Shown piece after piece: positions 38,085 through 49,762 of a stretch of 64,000 bases of DNA (its first letter is position 1; the number at the start of each line of letters is the position of its first letter). The notes beneath the pieces were generated by a model. It was not told the origin of the DNA. It saw only the letters and a list, made by a program, of their open reading frames with translations, and made no database searches. The stretch is from Chiloscyllium plagiosum (Eukaryota), in contig NC_057720.1 in NCBI RefSeq assembly GCF_004010195.1, forward strand, positions 15,329,146 through 15,393,145, written 5' to 3'. The translations under genes were made by a program, and so were the position numbers.

Positions 38085-38245
38085 TTACTTTCAAAAGGGA
38101 ATTGGATATATACTTGAAAAGGATAAAAAGTATGCAGATCTGCGGGGTAATAGCAGGAGAGTGAGGCAAATTGAAGAGCTTCTACAAAGAGCTGATGCAG
38201 GTGCAATGGACAGAATGGTCTCTTCTGCGCTCTATAATTCTATGA
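38085..38245 (+). mobile_element. CR1 3' tail fragment
   Basis: TTCAAAAGGGAATTGGATATATACTTG..GAATGGTCTCTTCTGCGCTCTATAATTCTATGA. Confidence 0.7.
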
Positions 38246-38649
38246 ACTTTTATTTATTGAGTCCTCCTCACAAAACAACAATGATACTATGGTTGAGTGT
38301 GGGAACCCTCCAGAAATCTGACCTTTTGGCTTGCCATCTCAGCTGCAAATGGCTGTTATTTCAGTCAGACTAATCTGGTGAGCTAAAGATTACATGGAGG
38401 CCGAACCTATATTGGAGCCTCGAGGTCTTCTGTGATCCAGAGGACTATTGCTTGCTTTTCAGCTGGAAAACTATTGGTAACTTTTGTTTTATTGTGCCTT
38501 TGGCTTAAATTTGTTTGAAACAAAGATTTTGGGCAACAGGTTTTTTCTAATTCAGTCCACAATCAAAAATACAGGTAAGTAAGAAGATGTGGGCTTTGCA
38601 ATCGTTAACCTGTTATTAATTTCCTGGCCCAGTGTTCGCTGCTACATTA

Positions 38650-38840
38650 TGGGTTGGTTAGCCCAGTTGGCTTGATGTCTGGTTTGCAGCACAGAATGAT
38701 GCCAACAGCATGGGTTCAATTCCTATACCCGCTGGGGTTACCATGAAAGACTCAACCTCTCCCCTTGCCTCTCAGGTTAAGCCACCACCAAGAGTCTCTC
38801 TCTCTCTCTCTCGCTCTCTCTCTAACATGAGAGAGCAGTC
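38650..38840 (+). mobile_element. tRNA-derived SINE family C
   Basis: TTAGCCCAGTTGGC, GGGTTCAATTCC, GGTTACCATGAAAG, CTCAGGTTAAGCCACCACC, (CT)n. Confidence 0.7.
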
Positions 38841-38887
38841 CAGTAGCTCAATATTGCCTTGTACTCAGCAGTCGCTTTCTTCTGCTT

Positions 38888-38975
38888 GAGAGTGTGGAGC
38901 TGGTAAAGCACAGCAGGTCAGGCAGCATCTGAGGAGCAGGAGAATCGACGTTTCAGGAAAGAGCCCTTCATCAGC
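38888..38975 (-). mobile_element. PLE pLTR fragment (family 1) with near-intact hammerhead core
   Basis: Minus strand: CUGAUGA-A-GGG(CUCUUU)CCU-GAA-ACGU-C then TCTCCTGCTCCTCAGATGCTGCCTGACCTGCTG. Confidence 0.8.
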
Positions 38976-39895
38976 CTTCTGCTGTCAATCAATAAACAAC
39001 ATGCAAATTATTCTCGATGACTCTTCAGCTAATCGTGTGCCATCTTTCAGTTCAGGAATGAGAACTGTTTTGGTCATCAGAAATTCAGCAGTGAATAAGC
39101 AAGTCACAGAACAAATTAATACTCCAATAGAAGTTATCTCTGTATCATTTCTACACAGGACTTGACTCGTTTTGCATGTTTGCTCCTTGAGTCCTTTCAT
39201 TATGCATCACGAAGCATATTGTTATGAATAACACAGTTTCAAGATCCAGAGAAAGAGACAAAGACGGTGGAAATCTCGACCCTTTGTCAGAGCTGGGAGT
39301 TCTGAGGAAAATTCTACCAAAACCAGTTCTTTTTCTTTCCAGGCACACGTGAAGCTTCGGTGTATTTTGAGCAATTGCTTTGTATTGCCTTTCATCCCTT
39401 ATGCAGTTCAGGTTCCTACCTTATTGAGATTCCCACTGGCTTCATCATTCAGCAGTGGCACGACTGTGCCATGTGTGTGAATCAATATGCTACTGGACTG
39501 ACTCAAAGCATCATTTATAATGGAAAAGCTGATCATGTACCAGAAGACAACGTCGGTTTGCTCACTGAAGCTGACATATATGAAATGCATTTGTATTATC
39601 TGTAGGGTTGCGCATGGCTAGATTGGAGTCTGTGGGATAGTTGTTAGTTACAAACTACACTGCTTCTGTTCAGGCTATTGTTGTCAACAGGGAAATCCAA
39701 GTGATTACACTTAGTTATGAATTTGAGAGGGCAATCACAACAAAGTTGTAATTGCTTGTGAATTTCAAATTGGCTTTCTTGACTTTCCTAAATTTGCTTT
39801 GCCTATGTAATAGCTTCTGATACCTTGAAGAGTCACATTATAATAACTCAGATGTGACATCTGAGATGTGACCAATGCACACATTATGCAAGGTT

Positions 39896-39931
39896 TCTCC
39901 TGAAGAAGGGCTTATGCCCGAAACGTCGATT
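39896..39931 (+). ncRNA. Minimal type I hammerhead ribozyme motif with intact core, at the head of a PLE fragment (39899-39995)
   Basis: CUGAAGA(39900)-A-GGGC(UUAU)GCCC-GAA-ACGU-C(39927). Confidence 0.75.
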
Positions 39932-40394
39932 CTCCTGTTCCCTGGATGCTGTCTGACCTGCTGCGCTTTTCCAGCAACACATTTCCAGCTCTTTCTCAGC
40001 ATATTACCTAATGTGCCATAATCCAATGGGATTCAGAGAGACCTCCATAGTATTCAGTGGTTTGATCATCCCGTATTTAATTAAGGGCGGGTACAAATAC
40101 AACGTTTAACTGGCAGCTAGACCCAGAGCTTGTCATTACCCAGGAGGGGAATATCACATCGCGGCAATAAACTGAACAATTCCCAGGATGAGCTCTTTTT
40201 TCACAAACTGCAAAAGCCAACACAAGCAAAACCAATACAGGTTAAAGTTTATCCCCCAAAATGCAAGCCAGACTTTGGCTTCATGACAAACAATTATTTG
40301 TTAACTGTTGCAACGTTATAGTCAACCCCCCGGACCACTGAGTATTGACAGCCGCCAGTTCTCAGCCATTCGATTGAATGAACATGCAGTGTGT

Positions 40395-41148
40395 TTGTTA
40401 GGCAGAGAGCTGGCACGTGCTGTAGATGTTAGGTTGATGCCTCACTGTGCCAAACACCAGGTGCACCAGGTCCTTGAAAGTATAGCCGCAGGGTTCACAG
40501 GGTGGTGAAGAAGCTGTTTGGCACAGTTGGCTTCATTGGTCAGAACACTTGAGTATTGGAGTTGGGACATCATGTTGCAGCTGTACAGAACATTGGTGAG
40601 GCGACTTTTGGCAATAGTGCCTACAATTCTGGTCGCCCTTCTATAGGAAGCATGCTGTTAAACTGAGCGGGTGCAGCCAAGATGTACGAGGATGTTGATG
40701 GGATTGGATGGTTTCAGTTATAGAGAGAGGCTGAATAGGCTGGGACATTTTTCCCTGGAGTGTCAGAGGCTGAGGGGTGACCTTATAGAGGTTTATGAAA
40801 TCATGAGGGGCATGGATAGGGACAATAACCAAGACTTTTTTCCCCAGACTGGGGTACTCTAAAGCTAGAGGGCATAACTTTAAGGTGAGAAAGGAAAGAT
40901 TTTAAAATGACCTGAGGGGGTAACTTTTTCACACAAAGAGTGGTGCATGTAGTGATCAAGCTGCCAGAGGAGGTAGGCACAATTACAACATTTAAAAGGC
41001 ATCTGGATGGGTATATGAAAAGGAAGGGTTTAGAGGGATGTGGGTCAAATGCTGACCAATGGGACTTGGTTAGATTGCGATGTCTGGTGGGATTGGATGC
41101 ATTGGACTGAAGGGTTTTTTTTCTGTGCTGTATGATACAATTACTCTA
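40395..41148 (+). mobile_element. CR1 LINE 3' portion
   Basis: FSYRERLNRLGHFSLECQRLRGDLIEVYEIMRG; FFTQRVV; 3' UTR. Confidence 0.9.
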
Positions 41149-41504
41149 AGTGAGTCTGTTTATCACTGATGATCTCTGAGCTTGATTGGTTAAGCCTGGG
41201 TGTGGACTCAGAGACAAGTAAAGAAATTGCGGAAAGAGTTGGATGCCAGAGCTTGAAACATGAGGAGACATTTTAAAAGATTGAATGAATGACTGCAAAT
41301 TAAGTTCCTTCACTCATATAAGCTCTGCAAACCGTATAAAATATACATTAACCCTGAGCTTCAGGTCACCTGTTACTTTAATTCTGTGTCACATCCCCAC
41401 TCTGAGTTCTCAATCCTCAGACTCCTAAGTTGATCCAATGAAATTCAAAATTAGCTTGACGGAGAGAACGTGATCTTTCAGTGAGGCACTTTACAGTCTC
41501 CCAG

Positions 41505-41625
41505 ACTGAGCAAAGAATTGCCAATGCTGAAGATCTGAGACGAACACAGAAAATACTGGTGTCACCTGTAGAGAGAAAGCAGAGTTCATGTTTCGAGTCC
41601 AGCGACCCTTCTTCAGTTCTTGAGC
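41505..41625 (-). mobile_element. PLE pLTR fragment (family 3) with hammerhead-like core
   Basis: Minus strand: CUGAAGA-A-GGGUC(GCUG)GACUC-GAA-ACAU; terminus CTTCAGCATTGGCAATTCTTTGC. Confidence 0.7.
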
Positions 41626-41684
41626 TCTGAGTTCAGCTGACCTCATTTCATACCCAGTGCAGGTAGAGTTTTGGAAAATAGCTG

Positions 41685-41870
41685 ATGAATTAAAATTAAA
41701 ATTACAGTTTATTGTCATTTGTACTCTTGTATAGGAATACATGAGTACACATGACCATAAAATCTAATACATCAGTACAGTGAAAAAGTGTACAAAGTCA
41801 TCATTCTGACACTATCTTGGTTACAAAATCAAAATTTAAAACGAAAAGCAACAATAAAAGAAAGCCAAAA
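41685..41870 (-). mobile_element. Element with Rex-like tail (related to 14364)
   Basis: TTTATTGTCATTTGTACT..GTACAGTGAAAAAG..CTGACACTATCTT. Confidence 0.5.
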
Positions 41871-42312
41871 AGGTGAGAAAAACGTCCAGATCTTAAAGTG
41901 TAAGTCTAATATCCACAAAGTTATTTGATGATCCCATTATCATCTGATTACTTGCTCCCATTTCCACCTGCTTTCACCATGCAGCGACAATCCTTTTGGC
42001 ATTTAATCACTTCTGCATTCCTTCCCTGTTATATGGTTCCACTCTGTCCCATTTCCCTGCATGACTGAATATGTAACAACATTACTAATGTGTTCTTGTT
42101 CCAGTGAAAGGTCATTGACCTGAGTGTAGAATGCTGCACCCTCCCCTGTGGTGTGTTTGGTGGCAAATGGGGGATTTAATTGGATGGCAGGGTGACAGGC
42201 GGGAAGCTTTCGGCGTCCCACTTTTCACCACGATTACATCTGTCTTGGGAGGTCACGTGGAAGGTCTTTGGCCTCACCACCAATGGAGGCTTTTAAATGG
42301 GCAATAAAGTGG

Positions 42313-42538
42313 TTGAAAAATGTGGTGCTGGAAAAACACAGCAGGCCAGGCAGCATCTGAGGAGCAGGAGAATCGACGTTTCTGGCATAAGCCCTTCTTC
42401 AGGAACCCTGAAGAAGAGCTTATGCCCGAAAGGTCGATTCTCCTGCTCCTCGGTTGCTGCCTGGCCTGCTGTGTTTTTCCAGCACCACATTTTTCAACTC
42501 TGGTCTCCAGCATCTGCAGTCCTCACTTTCTCCTAATA
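42313..42538. mobile_element. Fold-back PLE-derived element (family 1), 10 bp TSD, hammerhead core in each arm
   Basis: TSD AATAAAGTGG at 42303-42312 and 42539-42548; ~90 bp inverted arms centred on CAGG-AAC-CCTG. Confidence 0.92.
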
Positions 42539-43069
42539 AATAAAGTGGGCATTATAGGGCAGCAAGGGTGCACCGTCCCTTCCAAGTGCCAGCTTCCTCA
42601 TTCACTGAGTGCCTTTAAATGAGGAGACCAGCCCAGGAGCCCACAAGAAGCGCATCAGGGGCTTGGCTGGTCAAACTCACTTTCCATTGCTGGGACGAAC
42701 AGAGACCAAATGAAGACCTGGATCAATTGCCAACTTAATGTGTTCAACTGGCACATCACAACCGTATTCAGAGTGGGTATGGGAAGATGGCAAGATCCCA
42801 CCCCCTGCCAGATGAAATGTCACTCTCCAGTACCCCCAGCCCATGACAATGAGAGGCAAAGCAAAGGATTCTGCTCACTGGTAACATATTGCTCACAATT
42901 TGTTTAAAAAGTGGTTTTGGGTGGAAAGTATCATTTGTGTTTTGTCATCCACCTTCTTGTGAGGATAAAGTGGGGAAATTTTCCTCAGGGAATTGTGTTT
43001 GGCCTGGAAAGGAGAAGTGGGGAAAGAAGACCAGCACATCAGAATTGAAAGGATAATTTGGCAAGACTT

Positions 43070-43560
43070 CTTTTTCTGATACGTTCATAGGATGTGTGCA
43101 TCAGTGACTGGGCTAGTATTTATTACCATCCCTAACTGCCCCTTGACCTGAGTGGCTTGGCAGAGTCATTTTCAGAGGGTAAATGGAGTCAAAAGATTGC
43201 TGTGGGTCTGGAGTCATGTGTAGGCCAGACCAGGTAAGGGGAGCAGATTCCCTTTCTTAAAGGCAATAGTGAACCAAATAGGATTTTTATGACAATTGAC
43301 AAATAAGTATTTTCTATCAACATGTTCAGTGACATTATTGCATGCTTCTGGAGCAGCTGGAACTTAAATGCAGGCCTCCTGGTCCAGAGGTACGGACACT
43401 ACCAATACACCACCAGAGTCCCTCAACAATAGCTACTATTAGGCCAGCCTTTTTAAAGACTGAATGTGAACACCACCATCTGCTATGATGAGAACTGAAC
43501 TCAGACTTTCAGGTCAGTAGATTATAAGTCCACTGACATTACCACTATGCCACCACCTCT
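43070..43560 (-). mobile_element. SINE family B with a short tRNA-derived SINE nested at ~43305-43424
   Basis: TTGCTGTGGGTCTGGAGTCA body; nested minus-strand head GTGGTGTATTGGTAGTGTCCGTACCTCTGGACCAG. Confidence 0.7.
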
Positions 43561-44916
43561 GAAACTCAGGCAGGTTGTCTAACTGTGGGAGAAGAATACC
43601 CCACTAACACAATATAGCATGTTTCTGTCACATTTCCACAGAGAAAGGTTTTTTTGATTACATTAGAATTTAACAGTTGTGAAGAGATTCATAATTCATT
43701 CTGCACTTTTTTTTAACGCTACGGATGCAAAGATATCCAAAATAAAAAGTGGCAGAAAATTTTATGTTCAGTTATCTTCTTCAGGCAATTTTCCCACACT
43801 GTTGAGAATGTTTTTTTTTGCTTCACCTTTTGTATTCATATAACGTTAATGTACAACTAATTAGAAGGCAGTACGTGAAAATGTCACTTCCACTCCTGGG
43901 AGAAGTCTGCAGTATATCAGAACAAGCACAACTCTCCTCAGATTTCAAGCTCTCTTATCATTGACACAGCTTAAAAATTTAATCTAAAGTCTTGTGATCC
44001 AAACCTCAAGAATAGCGATAGGAAGGAAGCAGCATGAAATGCTGGTAGCGTTAAATTTTCTTTTTTGAAAGATTTAACAGCAGGATGTATTCCTTCTTTT
44101 TTGAAAGGGATTCTGAAACTGGTCCGATAATCTTTTATTTAAGTGTAGATGCAGCGGTATGGGCCAGTAACAAAACAGCTTTTCATATGCTTCATTTTCA
44201 ACATTGTAACAGAATTCAAATGTACATTGACAAATGTGCTGGTGGTCTCCGTTATGATTTTGAATGATTTACATTACAGTACACATTCCAGGTTTGTAAC
44301 CTTTCCTTGCATTACCTGTTGTCATTTTTCCAAGGGTTTTGCCCCTTTAATAACCCATCAGACCAGAGAGAAAAATTCCTCTTGTAGTGAATAATTCAAG
44401 TACAAAAGTAAGGTTTTCTGTTTTATACTCAAACTTACCTTGTTATTGTTCAACACAAGCAGTGATCACAAGGGGTCTTGTTTTAACATTTCAATCGAGC
44501 ATTCCCCTACGCCCAACGTGTGCCCCACAGCAATGTAACAGCCAGAGGCAGTGTTTTACTTTAAGGTGAGACATCCATCCCCCTCTTTCTTTCCCCCCAT
44601 TAATGACCACATCCAGCCACACAGAGCTGCTGGCCAGTGATCACTAAGGGTGCTGCAATCCCAACAGCACCAGCCTTGAGCAGTGGCCACTATTGGAACT
44701 GCAGATTGTTCCGCCAGGCCCAGGAACCTTCTTTTGGCCCCAAAGGTGAAACCAGTAAGACCTGCAAAAGATGCATACTGGTTTGGCTTACCTTGTGTTC
44801 CTCAGAGCAGCACTCTAGTACATTCATTTCCAAGCATTAAGGATTTTTTTTTTCTTTTTTAAGTCAACCAAGCCCTCAATGGCGATCCAGGTGGAGGGTA
44901 TTTGTGTGCGATATTA

Positions 44917-45110
44917 AGAACATAACAACTAGGTGCAAGAGGACACCATCCGGCCCTTCAAGTCTGCTCTGCCATTCATGGCTGATCTTCTTGAGGACTC
45001 AGTTGCTCTCTCACCGTAACCCTTAATTCCACTATTGTTCAAAAAGAAAATCTAAGTTAGATTAGATTACTTACAGTGTGGAAACAGGACCTTCGGCCCA
45101 ACAAGTCCAC
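44917..45110 (-). mobile_element. CR1 3' tail followed by a truncated HE1 tail
   Basis: AAGAACATAAC..GGCCCTTCAAGTCTGCTCTGCCATTCA; TTAGATTAGATTACTTACAGTGTGGAAACAGG. Confidence 0.75.
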
Positions 45111-45147
45111 GAGGTAAAAACAAGGACTGCAGATGCTGGAAACCAGA

Positions 45148-45659
45148 GTCTAGATCAAAGTGGTGCTTGAAAAGCACAGCAGGTCAGGCAGCATCCGAGG
45201 AGCTAAAATCGACATTTCAGGCAAAAGGGGTGGAGAGATAAATGGGAGGGTGATGGGGCGGGGGAGAGGGTAGCAAATACCAAGCAGAGATCATCTTCAG
45301 GCCAACACACAGGAACTAAAGCAATTCTTCCTCCAAAAGTTATTTCATAAACCTCTTCCGTCTTAAATTTTGAGATTCAAAACGACAAGAGTGGTTTTGC
45401 CTTTGTAGAAAGTGGAATTATAAGTAGAAAGTATAACTGAAACAATCTAACAGCATAATGCTAGGTCAAGTTGAATGGTTAACTTTGGTTGAAATTTGAG
45501 CACAATTTCTAATATTTCATATTATTACAACAGTACTTGTTTGTTGGTCACAACCAACATAGTGTAGGTTCAGTGGCTGTAAATGCTAGACCCCACAATC
45601 AGTTTCAAGAACCTCTAGTCGATAAAATGTTTCATCGACCAAATACTCAAAAGAAAGGA
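45148..45659 (+). repeat. Dispersed duplicate of 11991-12537 (PLE fragment plus ~385 bp non-repeat flank)
   Basis: Near-identical from GTCTAGATCA to AAATACTCAAAAGAAAGGA, with a ~32 bp deletion in this copy. Confidence 0.93.
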
Positions 45660-45939
45660 AAGCATGGCATTTCATCAGGGATAAAGCAAAAGGTGTTCTG
45701 AGAGTTTAATTCAGCTTGTGTTGCTAAGAGTGATTTAAGTTTAGATTTATAGTGAGCTGCAGCAGAAAGAAAGGGAGAAGTGAAGCATCAAGGAGAGCTT
45801 TTAGTGCCAGCACGTAGATAATCCCATGAGGGATGGGGCAGTGCTAGATCTAACCCAGGGGAATGAACTGGTCAAGTGCTTGAAGTTTCAGTGGGTGAGT
45901 ATCTTGGGGATAATGGCCATAACTCATCATGTTTCAAAC

Positions 45940-46240
45940 TCCAGTGGGACTGACTGTTCTTTCAAGTCTGGCAATTAGACACATCATTGTTCTGTCATTC
46001 TCACATTCTGATCACTTAATCTGTACCATCAGCAGCCTTTCTCCCCAACACTGCACCCCTGCACCCCCCTACTACAGCATAAATGCTGCCCCTTCCACAC
46101 TTCACGTTAGCTCTGATGAAGGGTCATCTAGCCTTGAAATGTTAGCTTGCTCTCTCTACACAAACGCTGCTTAAGCCACTGTGAGTTCTGGCTTTATTTG
46201 TTTACAGAACAGATTCCAGCATTTGCAGTAATTTGCTCCT
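45940..46240 (+). mobile_element. PLE pLTR fragment with hammerhead-like core
   Basis: agct-CUGAUGA(46113)-AGGGUCAUCUAGCCUU-GAA-AUGU-U-agct; terminus GATTCCAGCATTTGCAGTAATTTGCTCC. Confidence 0.7.
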
Positions 46241-46369
46241 AAATTGTTTCTTGAATTCCCTGTCAGATTTATTAGTGCCTATCACATCAACTACTGAGTA
46301 GGCCTCAAGCCTCTGTAACTGATAAAACTGCCATTCCTCTCAGATTGCTCAAGTAGCTGGAAAACAGTA

Positions 46370-46457
46370 TGTATGTGGGTGGGTTGCGCTTCAACGGGTC
46401 GGTGTGGACTTGTTGGGCCGAAGGGCCTGTTTCCACACTGTAGGTAATCTAATCTAA
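46370..46457 (+). mobile_element. HE1 3' tail, 5'-truncated, in a CR1 remnant
   Basis: GGGTCGGTGTGGACTTGTTGGGCCGAAGGGCCTGTTTCCACACTGTAGGTAATCTAATCT. Confidence 0.85.
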
Positions 46458-46644
46458 ATGTCTGGTTGCCACACAATAGAGAGGATGTGATTGCAAAGGA
46501 GGGGATGCAAAGAGACTCACCAGTTTGTTGCTTGGGATGGAACCAATTAGCCATGAAGAGAGACAAGGTAGGTTGGGCATTGAGATAATCGAGCATATCT
46601 GTATAAACTCCTCCAGTCCTACAACTCTCAGCTATACCTCCTCC

Positions 46645-46935
46645 AGAGGTGGCATGGTGGCTCAGTGGTTAGCACTGCTGCCACACAGTGCCAGGGACCT
46701 TGGCTCAATTCCCACCTCGGATGACTGTCTGTGTGGAGTTTGCTCCCACAATCACAAAGATGTGCAGGTTAGGTGAATTGGCCATGCTAAATTGCTCATA
46801 GTGTTTAGGGGTGTATAGGTTAGGTGCATATAGGGCAGGGGAATGGGTCTATGTGGGTTACTCTTTGGAGGGTCGGTGTGGACCTTTTGGGCCTAAGAGC
46901 CTGTTTCCACACTGTAGGGATTCTAATTCTAATTC
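46645..46935 (+). mobile_element. HE1 V-SINE with internal deletion
   Basis: GGTGGCTCAGTGGTTAGCACTGCTGCC; tail CCTGTTTCCACACTGTAGGGATTCTAATTCT. Confidence 0.9.
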
Positions 46936-46964
46936 AATCTGACAACGTGAATAGCCCTGAATAT

Positions 46965-47370
46965 CCTTGAATCCCAGTGTGGAAGGAGGCCATTCAGCTC
47001 ATTAGGTCCACACTGACCCTGTAAAGAGCAGCGCCCATCAATCCCTGGTAACTTTGCATTTCCCATGGAAGAGCTTATGCTCGAAACGTTGACTCTCCTG
47101 GCCCTTGGATGCTGCCTGACTGGCTGTGCTTTTCCAATGCTACACTCATCGATTCTGATCTCAAGTATCTGCAGTCCTCATTTTCTCCACCTGACCTGCA
47201 TATTCCTGGACGCTATGGACGTCTAATCTGCACACCTTTGGACAGTAGGCAGAAACCAGAGCACCCAGAGGAATTCCACACAGACACAGGGAGAAAGTGT
47301 AAACTCCACACAGACAGTTGCCGGAGGGTGGATCAAATGCAGGTCCTTGGTGCTGTGAGCCACCATGCTA
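46965..47370 (-). mobile_element. HE1 V-SINE interrupted by a + strand PLE fragment (47068-47188)
   Basis: HE1 reverse complement on both sides of GAAGAGCTTATGCTCGAAACGTTGAC..CTGCAGTCCTCATTTTCTCC. Confidence 0.8.
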
Positions 47371-47907
47371 CTCGCTATTACCTTTGGCAGCCCTGAACTC
47401 TGGGGTTCCTCTGTTCAACCCCTCTTCCTAGCTCTCCCCCCTTTAAAATTATGTCAAATACTTGGCGAAGGTTTTTGGTCATCTGCCTTCACATTTCTTG
47501 ATACCACTTGGTGTCAACTTATTTTTGATCAGCTCTCTCCTTTGAAGTTCCTGAGAATATTTTACAATATTGACAGTGCCATATAATGTTACAGCAACAG
47601 TAAAGTTCTACTGATGCCTGAAATCTGTAATAAAAACAGTGTCTGTTTTGGTTGGAGATGGGTTTTCATCTCACAGATCTGTTAGCACAGGGATTGTTCT
47701 TGGCCAATGGAAAAAACAAATACTTGGAGGAAGAAAGAAAGCTAGGCTTCAGGGAAACAGCAGGAGAGAGGGACCCCATTATTGTTCAAGCAAATGGGCC
47801 AAATTCCTTCTTTCTGTTGTTCCATTTTATAATTCAATGTGACCGTGGCCAAAGTGACCTCTCCATTCAATTACCTGTTGGGAATCTTGCCCTATTGCTT
47901 CACTATA

Positions 47908-48660
47908 TCGAGTCATAGAGATGTACAGCATGGGAAACAGACCACTCGGTCCAACTGACTAGATATCTTAACTCAATCTCGTTCCATTAGTCAACACTTG
48001 GCCCAAATCCCTCTAAACCCTTCCTGATCATATACCCATCCAGATGCCTTTTAAATGCTGTAATTGTACCAACCTCCACCACTTGTTCTGGCAGCTTATT
48101 CCATACACACACCACCCTCCAGTCTTCTGGCACCTCACCTGTGACAATTGGTGACCCAAAATCTCAGCAAAGGGACCAGCAATCACTTCCCTAGCTTCCC
48201 ACAAAGTTCCATGGTACACCAGATCAGGTCCTGGGGATTTATCCAACTTTATGCAGTTTAAGCCATCCAGTGCCTCCTCTGCAATATGGACATTTTGAAA
48301 GCTGTTGCCATTCATTCTCCCACAGTCTCTATCTTCCATATCCTTCTCCACAGTACACACTGTCGTAGAATCATAGAGATGTACAGCGCGGAACTGGATC
48401 CTTGGGTCTAACTTGTCCGTGCCGACCAGCTATCTGAAATGAATCTCGTCCCATTTGCCAGCACTTGGCCCATATCCTTCTAAACCCTTCCTATTCATAT
48501 ACCCCTCCAGATACCTTTTAAATGTTGCAATTTTATTAGCCTCCACCACTTCCTCTGGCAGCTCATTCCACCCTCTATGTGAAAAATTGCCCCTTAGGTC
48601 CGTTTTAGATCTTTCCCCCCCTTCACCTTGAATCTATGCCCTCTATCTTTGGACTCCCTG
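47908..48660 (-). mobile_element. Two CR1 3' ends plus an internal CR1 piece
   Basis: Two ATAGAGATGTACAGC tails (47915, 48372); DKSPGPD..LWEAREVIAGP between them. Confidence 0.85.
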
Positions 48661-49666
48661 CCCATTTTATTGGCAATAATAGAGGAAAGTCATTGTTCAA
48701 TATAGAAAAATATACTTATTCCTCTTTTGGATCCATGAACAGTTGATTGTCAACCACAGCTACAGAGAATATGGAATATGGTTTGCAATTGTAAATGTTC
48801 ACACACTATCCATCTGAAATTTAAAAATGAAAAGCTCTCAGTGCAGAAAAGCGTAAAAGGCAATGAAGATTAATTATTTTTTCATGGAGATGAACCTTAC
48901 ATCTCTGTGACCTTGATCTTTTAAAGATCTTCGCAATAATTCAGTCATCTGTATTATTCCTCTGACTCAATAAGAGATTTATCAATGTTAAATGCTATTT
49001 TACACCATTAGAATCACTTCTAATTACATCCACTCCTGAAGAATTAGCATCTAGGACAAGAAAAATGTCTAATAAATTGTGGTGAATCTTTACTTGAAGC
49101 ACTTGTACAGTACAATAGAAGCCAGGATCCTTTTAATCAGAGTATGCTTCCTTTCACTATTCATGATCATGATCCAGATAAAAGGGTGATTTAGATTGGG
49201 GAGAATTGCTATCGCACTAATCAGAGGAACCTGTTGATAGAACAATTTGAACATTTAAAAATGTCGACACTTCCTCATGTGAAGTAAATGACGAAGCCAA
49301 GTTTCTCATTATATTAAAGAACCAGTCCAGTTCCAGTTAATTTGAGCATGATTTTTTAATATGCTCTGGAAGATTTGTTTTTTGACAGGTCTGGGGAAGT
49401 GCGTCTGATCAAGGCAGGAAACTACATTTTCTCGCTGACATTCTGTGGTGACAGCTCCAAACTCTCCTTGGCCACTACAGGGATGTGCTTATGGCTCCTT
49501 TGCCAATCACTTTAAATCTGCACGGTCAGCCAATCAGCTACAGTTTCACCTGATTTACTCTCCCTAGATGCTTCGTGGTTTTAAACATCTCTATTTAATC
49601 TCCTCTTAGCCTTCTCTGCTCAACCCCAGATTCCCCAGTCTATCCAAATGACTGTCTTCCTCATCT

Positions 49667-49762
49667 GTTGAGAGTGTTGACGCTGAAAGACTGCAGCAGG
49701 TCAGGCAGCATCCAAGGAGCAGGACAGTCAACGCTTTGGGCATAAGCCCTTCGTCAGGAATG
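49667..49762 (-). mobile_element. PLE pLTR fragment (family 1)
   Basis: CAGCAGGTCAGGCAGCATCCAAGGAGCAGG..GGGCATAAGCCCTTCGTCAGG. Confidence 0.75.

Noticed and set aside
42160..42860. GC-richer flanks of the 42.3 kb fold-back as an old non-autonomous DNA element
   Set aside because: No TIRs or TSD could be delimited by eye
49389..49447. + strand exon candidate after TTTTTTGACAG
   Set aside because: The donor is weak and the peptide is unrecognised; phase compatibility alone is not evidence
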